Source of the DNA: Candidatus Heimdallarchaeota archaeon
Lineage (GTDB): Archaea > Asgardarchaeota > Heimdallarchaeia > Heimdallarchaeales > Heimdallarchaeaceae
Assembly (NCBI GenBank): GCA_030668875.1
Contig: DAOVER010000046.1
Location: 1-22,414 of the forward strand
Reading direction: 5' to 3'
Length of the DNA: 22,414 bases
The translations under genes and the position numbers were made by a program. This document shows positions 1-8,676 of the stretch, piece by piece (the first letter of the stretch is position 1; every line of letters begins with the position of its first letter). Under the pieces are notes generated by a model, which was not told where the DNA came from, searched no databases, and worked only from the letters and a program-made list of their open reading frames with translations.

Positions 1-3000
1 ATTGATCAGAAAACTATCTCACGGAATCCAAGAAGCACTGTAGGAACATTAACAGAGATTTATGATTATATGCGAGTTCTCTTTGCAAGAGTAGGAATAC
101 CACATTGTCCTGATTGCAAAGTTGTGATTGAAGCTCAACCTTCAGATCAGATTATTGAGCAGCTCTTTGCTTCCTTTGAAGGAGAAAAAATTAAGATAAT
201 TGCACCCATGTTCGAGAAAAGAAAAGGAGAATATAGGAAGGAACTTGGGCAATGGAAAGAGGATGGGTATAATCGTCTGATTATAGATGGGAAGGAGGTT
301 AATCTTGACGATGATGAAATAACTCTGGAGAGGTATGTTCCCCACGATATAGATATTGTTGTTGATAGAAATAAATGTGAGAGAAAAAATGAACCTAGCA
401 TAGTAGACAGCATAAGTTTAGCTCTTGATCTATCTGGAGGGAAACTGAAGATTATAGGAGAAAAAAGAACAAGAAACTTTTCGACTAAATTAGTATGCCC
501 AGAATGTGGGTTATCTGTAAACGAATTCAACCCCCGAGATTTTTCTTACAATACTCCAGTAGGTGCTTGTAAACGTTGCAAGGGTTTGGGAAAGATTCCG
601 CAGATAGTCCAAGCAAAATTTGTTAATCCTGAATTATCTATCGCACAAGGGGCGATAGCTACTACGACTAAAAGTTTGAAATATATAACCTACAGCGGAA
701 TCAGCGTAAAGAATCTCAATCAAATAACAAAGGAAAATGGATTTGATATCACCACTCCTTTCAAAGACTTAACAGAAGAACAGCAAGATATAATTCTTTA
801 TGGATCTGGAAAAAAGACTTACAAACTTAAATGGACTTGGGGAGGAGAAACTACAACTTGGCAAGGTAAAGGAGAATATCTTACTACATGGAAGGGAATA
901 ATTCCTTTAACTATGGAAGGATATTATAGAATTAACTCACAGAAGAGGAAAGAACAGCTAGAGAAACTGATGGAACTTTCAACATGCCCTGATTGTAAAG
1001 GTAAAAGGTTGAAACCTGAGAGCTTGGCAGTATTGTTCAAAGGTAAAAATATGGCAGATCTAAATCAACTGCCGATAGATAACTGTTACAAATTTTTCAG
1101 TAAAGTAAAGACAACATCGGAAGAAGAAAAGATCGCAGGACCACTTCTAAAAGAGATAAAAAACAGATTATCATTTCTTATAGAAGTGGGATTACATTAC
1201 ATTACATTAAATCGAGGCGCTAATGAGTTAAGTGGAGGAGAGGCACAAAGAACAAGATTAGCTACACAGATAGGATCAAAACTTCAAGGAGTAAATTACA
1301 TTCTCGATGAACCAAGTATTGGATTAGCAAATCGAGATAATGAGAAGTTACTCAACTCTCTTATGAGTTTGAGAGATGGAGGTAATACTGTAGTTGTTGT
1401 AGAACACGATGAAGATACACTACGAAATGCAGATATCCTAGTTGACTTAGGTCCTTATGCTGGGGATGAAGGAGGAGAAGTGTTATTCTCTTTATCACCT
1501 GATAAGTTGACAGAGAAAGAAGCTAAGACATCAACAACAGCAAAGTATCTCTTAGGATTAGACGAGATAGAGGTTCCACATAAAAGAAGAAAGGCTACGA
1601 AATTTCTTACACTTAAAGGAGCTCAACACAATAACCTGAAGAAAATTGATGTTAAGTTTCCAATTGGAAGTTTCATTAGCATAACCGGAGTTAGCGGTTC
1701 AGGTAAATCTTCCCTAATTAAGGATACACTTTATCCAATTCTTGTTAATAAACTACATAATGGAACTCGGAGTGTGGGTAAACACAAGAAGCTTGAGGGA
1801 ATAGAAAATCTAGATAAAGCAGTAGTTATTAGTCAATCGCCAATAGGGAGGAGTTCTAGATCTAACCCTGCAACATATACTAAAGTTCTAGATCACGTAA
1901 GGGATCTCTATGCAAGATTACCCTCAGCTTTAGTAAGAGGTTATACAAAAACAAGATTTACTTTTAACACAAAAGAAGGCAGATGTGAATCCTGTAAGGG
2001 ACATGGATACAACAAGATAGAAATGAGTTTACTACCCGATGTAGAAGTAGAGTGTGAAATATGCAAGGGGAAAAGATATGATGATGAAACACTCAAAGTA
2101 AAATTTGCAGATCAATCTATTGCAGATGTTCTTGATATGACTGTTAGTAATGCGATGAAAACTTTCAAGAATCAACCTAAAATTATGAAGATTCTGCAAA
2201 CATTGTCTGATGTTGGTCTTGGTTATATCAAGCTCGGACAACCTTCTACAACAGTCAGTGGAGGAGAAGCACAAAGAATCAAACTATCAAAAGAACTCTC
2301 CAAAACAGCAACAGGAAACACTCTTTACATCCTCGATGAACCCACAACTGGATTGTCTTTTGATGACATCAAAAAACTTCTTGTTGTTCTTCAAAGATTA
2401 GTAGATAAAGGGAATACAATCATCATCATTGAGCATAATCTAGATGTTATCAAAACAGCTGATTATGTCATTGATTTGGGCCCTGAAGGAGGAGAAGATA
2501 AAGGTGGTTTTCTTGTCGGTCAAGGAACGCCTGAGGAAATAATTAAACTAGAAGATTCTTACACAGGTAAAGCTCTAAAGAGGATATTACTAAAAGAAGA
2601 GAAAAATATTATTTTAGAGAAAACAGAACCTTTGGATAGAAATCTAGACCCAGCAAATTACCTCTATGTTAGAGGAGCTTCAAAAAATAATCTCAAAAAT
2701 ATTGACCTTGATATACCTAAAGAAAAGTTAGTAGTTATAACTGGGGCAAGTGGGTCTGGCAAAAGTTCCTTAGCTATTGATACGTTATTCTCAGAAGGTC
2801 AAAGAAGGTTTATAGAAAGTCTCTCCAGTTATGCTCGTCAATTTTTGATTAAAGCAGAAAGAGCAGATGTAGATGACATTATTGGTTTAACTCCATCTAT
2901 TGCTATCAATCAGCATTCAGTCTCAAAGAATCCTCGGTCTACCGTTGCAACTACAACAGAAATTTATGATTACTTCAGACTGCTATTTGCAAAAATAGGG

Positions 3001-5490
3001 ATACCACATTGTCCTAAATGTAATATCATTTTGAAACGAAGAACAATCGATGAGATTGCTAATCTTGTTGTAAACGATTTCAATAAAAAGGATGTTACAA
3101 TTGCTTCTTCTTTGACAAACGGGGAGAAGATAGATGTTCAAAAGACTATCAAAGAGCTCGTTAAGCAAGGTTATGCTCGTGTTATAATTAATGATGAAGA
3201 GTATCATCTTGATGACAAAATTACAAAACGCAAGTCAGATTCAATTTCAGTAGTAATAGATAGGATAAATATCTCAAAAGAAAATGTTTCGAGATTATCA
3301 GAAAGTATAGAATCAGCTGTTAAGTTTGGTAAAGGGAGAGTTGAGATTCATCAAAATGGTAAAAAAAACACTTACTCTATCTACGCAGAATGTATGGATC
3401 ACGAATATGAAGCACCAGAGGAAATGCATCCAAGGTTATTCAGCTTTAATCATTATTCAGGTTCTTGTCCCACATGTACTGGACTAGGAACCATTAGGAA
3501 ATTAGATATGAGAAAGATAATCAAAGATTGGGACAAATCAATAGCTCAAGGAACAATTGGCCAATATTCTGCTAAACGAATGACAAACCCAAGTTCCTGG
3601 AGAAGAGCTATGATCCAATCTATCGGTGAGCATTATGGTTTCACATTAGATATGCCAATGAAAGATTTCTCACCTCAACAACTTGATGGATTATTTTATG
3701 GATCAAAGGGTGAAATAGTCAAAATAAAAATGATTAGGGAAGGAAAGAGATCTTCTTCTGAATTCACCAAAACAGCTGAATGGGAAGGATTAATCCCCAG
3801 ATGGGAAAAATGGTTAGATGAACCTTCAACTTCTTTATGGGGTACAGAATATAAACAAAGATTCAATCAATATTTTACTGAATATTCTTGTCCTGATTGT
3901 AAAGGAAGAAAACTGAAACCAGAGATATTAGCCATTACAGTTGGTGGAAAATCTATCTATGATTTAGCAAGTATATCAGTTGATGATTTCTTAATCTATC
4001 TAAATAATTTAAAACTAACAAAAAGAGAATTAAAAATAGCAGACAGAATTATCAGCGAACTTTGTAAAAGAGCTCAATATCTAGTAGATGTTGGTTTGAG
4101 TTACTTAACATTGGATAGAAGAGCTAGCACATTATCAAATGGTGAGGCTCAAAGAATTCGCTTGGCATCTCAAATTGGTAGTGGACTAGTAGGAGTAACT
4201 TATGTACTTGATGAGCCCACAATTGGTTTACATCCAAGAGATATAAACAGATTGTTAGCGACTCTAAAGAAGTTAAGGGACAATGGGAATCATGTAATTG
4301 TTGTAGAGCATGATGATATAATAATTAAGGAATCTGACTGGGTTATTGAGCTAGGTCCATTAGGAGGGGATCAAGGTGGTGATGTTGTTGTCTCAGGTCC
4401 AACAAATGATGTTCTGAAAAATGATGTTTCTCTTACAGCTAGATATCTCTCAAAGGAACACAGAATTCTTACTCCTGATGTTAGAAGAAAAACAGATAAA
4501 CAGATTAAATTAACAGGAGCATCACAACACAATCTCAAGAACATTGATGTAGAATTTGGTCTTGGAATAATAACAGCTGTTACTGGTGTGAGTGGTGCAG
4601 GCAAATCTTCTCTAGCTATTGACATCCTCCAGAAAGCTCTTGAGAAGCAAATTACTAAAAAGAAGATTGAAGTTGGTAAGCATAAGAAACTTACAGGTTA
4701 TGAAGAACTAGATAAGATAATTGTAGTAGATCAATCTACACTAAGTAAATCTAGCAGGTCTAATCCAGCGACTTATTTAGGTGTTTATGATGAGATACGA
4801 AACCTGTATTCAAGATTACCTGAAGCTAAAACAAGAGGGTTCACACCTGGGCATTTCAGTTATAACACTTCTAAAGGTCAATGTAAGGAATGCAGAGGAT
4901 TAGGTCAAAAAAGGATTGAGTTGCTTTTCCTATCAGATGTCTGGATATTGTGCCCTGTTTGTAAAGGTAAAAGATACAAGAAGAGTATTCTGAATGCTAG
5001 ATACAAAAGAAAGACAATTTCAGATATTTTAGATATGACTATAACAACAGCATGTGAATTATTCTCTAATATAGAAAAGATTCACAAACCTTTGAAAATT
5101 GCCCACGATGTAGGACTTGGATATCTTAGAATGGGACAACCAACTACTACCATTTCTGGTGGAGAAGCTGAAAGATTGAAAATAACTAGAGAGTTAGCAA
5201 AGAAGGGGCAAGGAAAAAACATCTACATTTTGGACGAACCTTCACAAGGGTTGCACTTTTATGATATTGAAAAACTAATCATGATTCTTCAAAAACTTGC
5301 ATACGAAGGTAATACTATTGTCTTCATTGACCACAACATGGATTTAGTCAAAATAGCTGACAGGATAATAGATCTAGGTCCAGAAGGAGGAAATAAAAAT
5401 GGAGGGTATTTAGTAGCTTCTGGTTCACCTGAAGAAATAATAGAACAAGAAAAAGGGTATACATGGAAATATCTTCAGCAAGTAATTTGA
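1..5490 (+). CDS. uvrA: Double-length excinuclease ABC subunit A (tandem UvrA-UvrA fusion), 5'-truncated by the window edge
   Basis: The frame is open from base 1 (IDQKTISRNPRSTVGTLTEIYDYMRVLFAR), so the ORF-track start at 70 is internal. Unit 1: LSGGEAQR, YILDEPSIGL, VEHD; then GVSGSGKSS, VSGGEAQR, ILDEPTTGL, IEHN. Unit 2 from ~2653: GASGSGKSS, LSNGEAQR, VLDEPTIGL, VEHD; then GVSGAGKSS, ISGGEAER, ILDEPSQGL, IDHN. Both units carry the UvrA CxxC zinc motifs. Confidence 0.97.
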   Translation: MDQKTISRNPRSTVGTLTEIYDYMRVLFARVGIPHCPDCKVVIEAQPSDQIIEQLFASFEGEKIKIIAPMFEKRKGEYRKELGQWKEDGYNRLIIDGKEVNLDDDEITLERYVPHDIDIVVDRNKCERKNEPSIVDSISLALDLSGGKLKIIGEKRTRNFSTKLVCPECGLSVNEFNPRDFSYNTPVGACKRCKGLGKIPQIVQAKFVNPELSIAQGAIATTTKSLKYITYSGISVKNLNQITKENGFDITTPFKDLTEEQQDIILYGSGKKTYKLKWTWGGETTTWQGKGEYLTTWKGIIPLTMEGYYRINSQKRKEQLEKLMELSTCPDCKGKRLKPESLAVLFKGKNMADLNQLPIDNCYKFFSKVKTTSEEEKIAGPLLKEIKNRLSFLIEVGLHYITLNRGANELSGGEAQRTRLATQIGSKLQGVNYILDEPSIGLANRDNEKLLNSLMSLRDGGNTVVVVEHDEDTLRNADILVDLGPYAGDEGGEVLFSLSPDKLTEKEAKTSTTAKYLLGLDEIEVPHKRRKATKFLTLKGAQHNNLKKIDVKFPIGSFISITGVSGSGKSSLIKDTLYPILVNKLHNGTRSVGKHKKLEGIENLDKAVVISQSPIGRSSRSNPATYTKVLDHVRDLYARLPSALVRGYTKTRFTFNTKEGRCESCKGHGYNKIEMSLLPDVEVECEICKGKRYDDETLKVKFADQSIADVLDMTVSNAMKTFKNQPKIMKILQTLSDVGLGYIKLGQPSTTVSGGEAQRIKLSKELSKTATGNTLYILDEPTTGLSFDDIKKLLVVLQRLVDKGNTIIIIEHNLDVIKTADYVIDLGPEGGEDKGGFLVGQGTPEEIIKLEDSYTGKALKRILLKEEKNIILEKTEPLDRNLDPANYLYVRGASKNNLKNIDLDIPKEKLVVITGASGSGKSSLAIDTLFSEGQRRFIESLSSYARQFLIKAERADVDDIIGLTPSIAINQHSVSKNPRSTVATTTEIYDYFRLLFAKIGIPHCPKCNIILKRRTIDEIANLVVNDFNKKDVTIASSLTNGEKIDVQKTIKELVKQGYARVIINDEEYHLDDKITKRKSDSISVVIDRINISKENVSRLSESIESAVKFGKGRVEIHQNGKKNTYSIYAECMDHEYEAPEEMHPRLFSFNHYSGSCPTCTGLGTIRKLDMRKIIKDWDKSIAQGTIGQYSAKRMTNPSSWRRAMIQSIGEHYGFTLDMPMKDFSPQQLDGLFYGSKGEIVKIKMIREGKRSSSEFTKTAEWEGLIPRWEKWLDEPSTSLWGTEYKQRFNQYFTEYSCPDCKGRKLKPEILAITVGGKSIYDLASISVDDFLIYLNNLKLTKRELKIADRIISELCKRAQYLVDVGLSYLTLDRRASTLSNGEAQRIRLASQIGSGLVGVTYVLDEPTIGLHPRDINRLLATLKKLRDNGNHVIVVEHDDIIIKESDWVIELGPLGGDQGGDVVVSGPTNDVLKNDVSLTARYLSKEHRILTPDVRRKTDKQIKLTGASQHNLKNIDVEFGLGIITAVTGVSGAGKSSLAIDILQKALEKQITKKKIEVGKHKKLTGYEELDKIIVVDQSTLSKSSRSNPATYLGVYDEIRNLYSRLPEAKTRGFTPGHFSYNTSKGQCKECRGLGQKRIELLFLSDVWILCPVCKGKRYKKSILNARYKRKTISDILDMTITTACELFSNIEKIHKPLKIAHDVGLGYLRMGQPTTTISGGEAERLKITRELAKKGQGKNIYILDEPSQGLHFYDIEKLIMILQKLAYEGNTIVFIDHNMDLVKIADRIIDLGPEGGNKNGGYLVASGSPEEIIEQEKGYTWKYLQQVI
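5350..5490 (+). repeat. Direct repeat copy 1: 3' end of uvrA (pairs with 6257-6397)
   Basis: Ungapped alignment at offset 907. 5394-5475 is identical to 6301-6382 (82/82); the 5' flank matches 33/44 and the 3' flank 9/15. Confidence 0.97.
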
Positions 5491-5500
5491 AGAAGCTTAA

Positions 5501-5514
5501 AGAAAGTTTAAAAA
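5501..5514 (+). promoter_or_regulatory. Putative archaeal BRE/TATA promoter of the MBL-fold gene
   Basis: AGAAAG immediately followed by TTTAAAAA, about 30 nt upstream of the TTG start at 5544, with no SD motif (short leader or leaderless). AT-rich context lowers specificity. Confidence 0.45.
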
Positions 5515-5543
5515 ATCTATAATACTATTTATTACTGATTTAT

Positions 5544-6200
5544 TTGAAAATAACAATAGTTTATGACAATACCACTTTAGATGAAGAATTAAAAGCAGAT
5601 TGGGGTTTCTCTTGTTTTATAGAATTCCAAGACATAAATATTTTATTTGATACTGGTGCTAAAAGTTCTATCCTTCTTTCAAACATGGAAAAACTCAATA
5701 TAGATCCTTTAAACGCAGAAATTATTTTTATTTCTCATCAGCACGGTGATCATTTGGGAGGGCTTTATGATGTTCTTGAGAAGAACAAGAAAGCGAAAAT
5801 CTATTTACCATTTGATGATTCAAAATCAAATGATAAAAATAGAACATATAAGCTTACTAAACCTACTAAAATAACGGAGAATATAATTTCTTCAGGATTA
5901 TTAGAATGTGATGAAAGAAAAGGTCTTGTAGAACAATCTTTGTTTTTTAAATGTGAAAAAGGATTAATTGTAATTGCAGGATGTTCTCATCCTGGTGTTA
6001 GAAAAATCCTTGAGAGAAGTAGAATATTTGGAAAACCATTTGCTCTAATTGGGGGTTTACATGGTTTTAATGAATTTGAACTTTTAGAAGACCTGGAATT
6101 AGTTTGCCCTACCCATTGTACAAAACATATAAATGAAATCAAGCATCTTTTTCCCACCAAACATATCAAAGGAGGAGTTGGGAAGATAATTCACATATAA
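5544..6200 (+). CDS. Metallo-beta-lactamase-fold hydrolase, COG1237 / MJ0448-like family (often annotated as a methanopterin-pathway synthase)
   Basis: TTG start. Motifs GFSCFIE, ILFDTG, SHQHGDHLGG (HxHxDH), EQSL, IAGCSHPG, GGLHG and PTHCT match this family. Confidence 0.9.
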   Translation: MKITIVYDNTTLDEELKADWGFSCFIEFQDINILFDTGAKSSILLSNMEKLNIDPLNAEIIFISHQHGDHLGGLYDVLEKNKKAKIYLPFDDSKSNDKNRTYKLTKPTKITENIISSGLLECDERKGLVEQSLFFKCEKGLIVIAGCSHPGVRKILERSRIFGKPFALIGGLHGFNEFELLEDLELVCPTHCTKHINEIKHLFPTKHIKGGVGKIIHI

Positions 6201-6256
6201 AATAGCACTTACTGGTCTATTCTTCTAGATTTTCAAAACAAATTATCGTCTAATAA

Positions 6257-6397
6257 AAAATTTCTGATAGTATAATTGATATATGTCCAGAGAAAGGAAG
6301 TAAAAATGGAGGGTATTTAGTAGCTTCTGGTTCACCTGAAGAAATAATAGAACAAGAAAAAGGGTATACATGGAAATATCTTAAACAGGTCGTTTAA
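6257..6397 (+). pseudogene. Direct repeat copy 2: orphan uvrA 3'-terminal fragment
   Basis: Translates as KISDSIIDICPEKGSKNGGYLVASGSPEEIIEQEKGYTWKYLKQVV*, versus KIADRIIDLGPEGGNKNGGYLVASGSPEEIIEQEKGYTWKYLQQVI* in uvrA. An in-frame TAA lies immediately upstream and there is no start codon. Confidence 0.93.
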
Positions 6398-6491
6398 TCA
6401 TTTTTACTGAATACTTTTAAGTGCATATGCTACAATATTCAAACAAACCTCCCTTGGTTTGTTGCTAAATTCACTCAAAGGACAATCCAGT

Positions 6492-8510
6492 ATGTCATCA
6501 AAACAGATTCGATTCACAGTATTGTTTTTATCTGCATTATTCATAACTACGCCATTCATATCGGTTCATTTCTCTACTGGAAATGTTGAACCTATAGCAT
6601 ACTTAGTCCTCAAAACTAATGGAGGAGGTGTTTTTCCCGATTATGGTCTTTACATAGCTGAACATCTTAGAGAGATAGGTATTGAAGTAGTAGTTAAAAT
6701 CGAAGAATGGATAGAATATATTTATCCATTCAGGCCAATTGCTTATGATTTAGCAATAAAAGAACTTGATTTTAAGAATGGAGTGTTTGATCCTTATCCG
6801 TATTTTAGTAAGGATATTAGTCCGAATTATTATGGGTTGAGTGATGAGATGCCATATGGTAATCAGAGTGAAATCATGTTGAAGGAAGGAACTTTGATAA
6901 CAGATATTGAAGAGAGGAAAAATCATTACAATGCCTGGCAAAATTTGTTTATGGATAAAATAGTCCCCTTTATCCCTCTATTTTCAATTCCTGAATATAT
7001 TGCAACTTGGTTCAATTTAATTGGCTTCAATTCTTCCTGGAGCATTGTAGATAATTTACCTTATATCTATCAAAATGTTCGCCACCCTAGTCAAGATGAT
7101 TTGAAAGAACTGATTATTGCAGACAAAAACTGGAGAGACTTAAATCCTTTGCAAATAGATGACGAGTCTAGAGATTTTGTTACTTCTTTACTTTTTGAAC
7201 CGCTTCTCCAGATTTCTCCAGAAGGAAAGCCAATCAAAACAGGATTAATCTATGATTGGGATATAATTAATGAAAGCTACTATAAATTTTACATCAGAGA
7301 AGGTATTTACTGGAATCCCAGTTATAATTGTACAATAAGAAACGCTGATTCAGATCCTTTATCAACAAATTCAAGTGATTTGATGGTAGGTCTTCAAGGA
7401 GCATTTAGTGATGGTTACAACCATCAATTAACTGCAAAAGACATGGTTTTTACACTACTTGCTTATGCAACATCTCATGTTAGTGAGTTTGCAGAGAATT
7501 ACTTCTGGTTAAAAGATATTCAAATTGATAATTCAGACAATTTCTCTTTCTATATCACTATTGATGGTAATGAAAAAACAACAGAGTTTGAACCTTATGC
7601 ACCATTTTGGAACAAGCTTAATATTCCATGTCTACCGGAATTTTTCTTGAATTCAACATCTTTGTCCATAACTAATACCTCAGGAAACATTCCTGTAAGT
7701 GGATTGTTTGATGGCATAGAAGATACTATTGAGTGGAAAGACTTTAACAAATCTTCTTTTGGTTGTGGAAAATATTTGCTAGATTATTATGTAAAAAATT
7801 ACTTTACAGTTTTAAGAGCTAATTCAAATTGGTATGAAATAGGTGCCATTGATGGAATGTATCATGATCTGAGTATTGAGACTATTAAAATAAAAGTTCT
7901 AATGGATACTGCACCAATAATAAGTGAATTTCTAGCAGGAAGATTGGATATAGTCAAGATAAAATATGAGAACTCATTTTTTAACAATTTAGAAAAAGAC
8001 CCTTTACTTAGATGTCACAAATTAGTATCTAACTCATTTTCTATGCTGATTTTTAACCTAAGAAGACCGTTTGTTGGAGGTACTGATAATTTTGTTTTCC
8101 TAGATTCTGAAGGAAAGGAGAATTATACAAGGGGTGTTGCTGTTCGAAAAGCAATATGTTATGCCATAGATAGAGAAGAGATTAATCAAGCTTTACACGG
8201 GGGGAATTTGATAGTATCCGATCATCCTATACCAGAGATTCATAGTAATTATTATAACCCAGACATTGTCAAATACTCTCACGACATAGATAAAGCTCTT
8301 GACTGGCTTTATCCTGGTTACGACCTATATCCACCACATCCACCGATACCTAATTTATTAGAAACACTGTTAATCTTAGGTGGAGGTATTATATTGATAG
8401 GCGCAATTCCTACATTTTTCATAACCAAGGGATTACTTGAATATAGAAGGTCAAAGAAGAAGCCTTCAGAAACTTCTACAAACAATACAGATTCCGTAAA
8501 AGATATGTAG
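6492..8510 (+). CDS. Family-5 (DppA/OppA-like) extracellular solute-binding protein, circularly permuted, with N-terminal signal/TM and C-terminal TM anchor
   Basis: ATG at 6492 preferred (ORF-track TTG at 6459 is possible). Hydrophobic N-terminal segment VLFLSALFITTPFISVHF. SBP5-type motifs DLNP...LLFEPLL, YKFYIREGIYW, LTAKDMVFT, GCGKY, LIFNLRRPF, VRKAICYAIDREEI, YSHDIDKALDWL. C-terminal TM LLILGGGIILIGAIPTFFIT followed by RRSKKK. Confidence 0.88.
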   Translation: MSSKQIRFTVLFLSALFITTPFISVHFSTGNVEPIAYLVLKTNGGGVFPDYGLYIAEHLREIGIEVVVKIEEWIEYIYPFRPIAYDLAIKELDFKNGVFDPYPYFSKDISPNYYGLSDEMPYGNQSEIMLKEGTLITDIEERKNHYNAWQNLFMDKIVPFIPLFSIPEYIATWFNLIGFNSSWSIVDNLPYIYQNVRHPSQDDLKELIIADKNWRDLNPLQIDDESRDFVTSLLFEPLLQISPEGKPIKTGLIYDWDIINESYYKFYIREGIYWNPSYNCTIRNADSDPLSTNSSDLMVGLQGAFSDGYNHQLTAKDMVFTLLAYATSHVSEFAENYFWLKDIQIDNSDNFSFYITIDGNEKTTEFEPYAPFWNKLNIPCLPEFFLNSTSLSITNTSGNIPVSGLFDGIEDTIEWKDFNKSSFGCGKYLLDYYVKNYFTVLRANSNWYEIGAIDGMYHDLSIETIKIKVLMDTAPIISEFLAGRLDIVKIKYENSFFNNLEKDPLLRCHKLVSNSFSMLIFNLRRPFVGGTDNFVFLDSEGKENYTRGVAVRKAICYAIDREEINQALHGGNLIVSDHPIPEIHSNYYNPDIVKYSHDIDKALDWLYPGYDLYPPHPPIPNLLETLLILGGGIILIGAIPTFFITKGLLEYRRSKKKPSETSTNNTDSVKDM

Positions 8511-8676
8511 TAAGAACCTTTTTCCTTTATGGTGCACATGAATTACCAGTTTGAGATGAGTAAGGAATTTGCTAAGAAACTTGACTTAGATGATAAATTA
8601 GTTCCATCCTTTTTCCTTGATTTCATTTCCTAACATTTAATAAGATACGCTAGAAGAGGGAATAGGGGTATCTTAT

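Noticed and set aside
70-72. ATG at 70 as the uvrA start
   Set aside because: The frame is open from base 1 and encodes the conserved Q-loop region; the first Walker A must lie upstream of the window.
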